A DNA stretch of 64,000 bases, taken from Polyangiaceae bacterium. Lineage in GTDB: Bacteria; Myxococcota_A; Polyangia; Polyangiales; Polyangiaceae. Of this stretch, positions 62,667-64,000 are shown one piece after another (the stretch's first letter is position 1; every line of letters starts with the position of its first letter). The stretch covers positions 1,280,001-1,344,000 of the forward strand of contig CBDCTZ010000015.1 of assembly GCA_965222375.1 (NCBI GenBank), given 5' to 3'. The notes under the pieces were generated by a model, which saw only the letters and a program-made list of their open reading frames with translations, was not told where the DNA came from and made no database searches. Made by a program: the position numbers and the translations under genes.

Positions 62667-63450
62667 ACACGTTTCGCCGGGAACCGCCCACGTGACCCGC
62701 TACGATAGCATCGGCTCGGGCTATGGAGGATTTCGCCGCGAAGACCCCACCTTCGCGAGCCGGGTCCTGGAAGCGCTCGGGCCCGCAAAGAGTGTGGTCA
62801 ACGTGGGCGCTGGAACGGGCTGCTACGAGCCGGTCGACCGCCACGTGATCGCGATCGAGCCGAGTGACGTCATGGCCGCACAGCGGCCGCCGGATCGCCC
62901 GCCCGCTATCCGCGCCTTTGCCGACTCTCTGCCATTGAGGGACGACAGCGTAGATGCAGCCATGGCGTTTCTTACCCTCCACCACTGGGATGGAGCGCAG
63001 CGAGCAGGGGTGCAGGAGATGAGTCGAGTTGCAAGGGGCAACGTCGTCATCGTTACCTACGAGCCGGAGGTGAGCGCTCGCATGTGGCTGATGGCCGACT
63101 ACCTGACGGAGGTCGCCGAGCTGGACAGAGCCATCTTTCCGCCACCAGAAGAGATCGCACGGTGGCTGGGCGGCGCGCGGATCGAACTCTTGCCCATCCC
63201 CGCAGACTCACCGGACTGGATGTTGGGATCTTTTTGGGCACACCCGGAGCGGGTCCTCGACGAAGGCGCCCGAAATGCAACGTCTGGGTTCGCACGCCAG
63301 CCGGACGAAGTCGTTCAGCGCGTCGTGAATGACGTGACCCGAGATCTTGCGAACGGAACCTGGGACGCTCGCCACGGCCACCTGCGATCGCTACGAGAGT
63401 TCGACGCTGGGCTGAGGCTCATCGTTCGAGATCCGACAGCCGTCGCCTAG
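62659..63450 (+). CDS. Class I SAM-dependent methyltransferase
   Basis: VVNVGAGTG.YE, IEPS, LPLRDDSVDAAMA.LTLHHW. Confidence 0.9.
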   Translation: MTEHVSPGTAHVTRYDSIGSGYGGFRREDPTFASRVLEALGPAKSVVNVGAGTGCYEPVDRHVIAIEPSDVMAAQRPPDRPPAIRAFADSLPLRDDSVDAAMAFLTLHHWDGAQRAGVQEMSRVARGNVVIVTYEPEVSARMWLMADYLTEVAELDRAIFPPPEEIARWLGGARIELLPIPADSPDWMLGSFWAHPERVLDEGARNATSGFARQPDEVVQRVVNDVTRDLANGTWDARHGHLRSLREFDAGLRLIVRDPTAVA

Positions 63451-63612
63451 TTTCGAAAGTCGCGCGGGCCCGTCGCTCCCGTTAGCTCAGCTACCCCTGC
63501 TCAAAACCCGAACGGGATCGAGCGGCGCGACCCAACTCTCGGAGATTTGCAGGCCAAAACCGCAATCTGAACCCGAGTGCCGCAGCGCTCGCCCTAGGGC
63601 TAGTTTTGCTAC

Positions 63613-64000
63613 ATGCGGACGATCGGACTGACGTTGACGGTTTTGATGATGCAGGCCTGCGCAGCTAGCGATGATGGCGGCAAGGTTGCAGGCGGCGGAG
63701 CCGTCGGGGGTGCTGGCGGTTCAGCTGGCGCCGGGGCGGCGGGCAGTGGCGGCTCGATCATCGCGCCCGACGGCGGTTGCAGCCAGGATTGCGGCGACGG
63801 CGTATGCGTCGGAGGCAGCTGCTGCGCCGAGGACCGGGCTTGCGGCAACGAATGCTGCACGGGGACAACGGTGTGTTCCTTCGGCGCCTGCGCCAGCCCT
63901 GGCGCGACATGCAGCAACTCGGATGAGTGCGGCGCACAGGAGTACTGTGAGCTTTCGCTAGGCGATGGCGGCAGCGGCGCGGTTCCAGCCGGTTGCTCTG
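63613..64000 (+). CDS. Cys-rich lipoprotein (partial, runs off window)
   Basis: MRTIGLTLTVLMMQAC...Gly linker...CCAEDRACGNECC. Confidence 0.75.
   Translation, partial: MRTIGLTLTVLMMQACAASDDGGKVAGGGAVGGAGGSAGAGAAGSGGSIIAPDGGCSQDCGDGVCVGGSCCAEDRACGNECCTGTTVCSFGACASPGATCSNSDECGAQEYCELSLGDGGSGAVPAGCS

Overview
GC-rich bacterial window. The abundance of Cys-rich and Gly/Ser-linker lipoproteins (RCC1, LamG-like and pectate-lyase-like), Uma2 endonucleases and a four-helix-bundle gene suggests a myxobacterium (Polyangia-like); this is inferred, not verified. Housekeeping anchors are an archaeal-type gatE-gatD operon at the left edge and a CIRCE-controlled groES-groEL operon at 49.7-51.8 kb. Most of the rest is a mosaic of independently oriented accessory genes: about 20-25 predicted lipoproteins, three toxin-antitoxin-like modules, two Uma2 genes, methyltransferases, a dynamin-like GTPase and a cNMP-domain/CAAX-protease fusion. 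Many are frameshifted, truncated or internally deleted. The strongest unexplained signal is a dispersed, non-palindromic bipartite motif, TT(T)GGGGTCG(C/G)-N14/15-TTGGGCCACTACTCT(C/A)G. It occurs about nine times, always intergenically, in both orientations and between accessory genes. Other non-coding structure includes a 57-58 bp palindromic tandem array (not CRISPR) and a ~300-nt foldback beside the four-helix-bundle gene. No rRNA, tRNA, CRISPR-Cas, integrase or full transposase was recognised.
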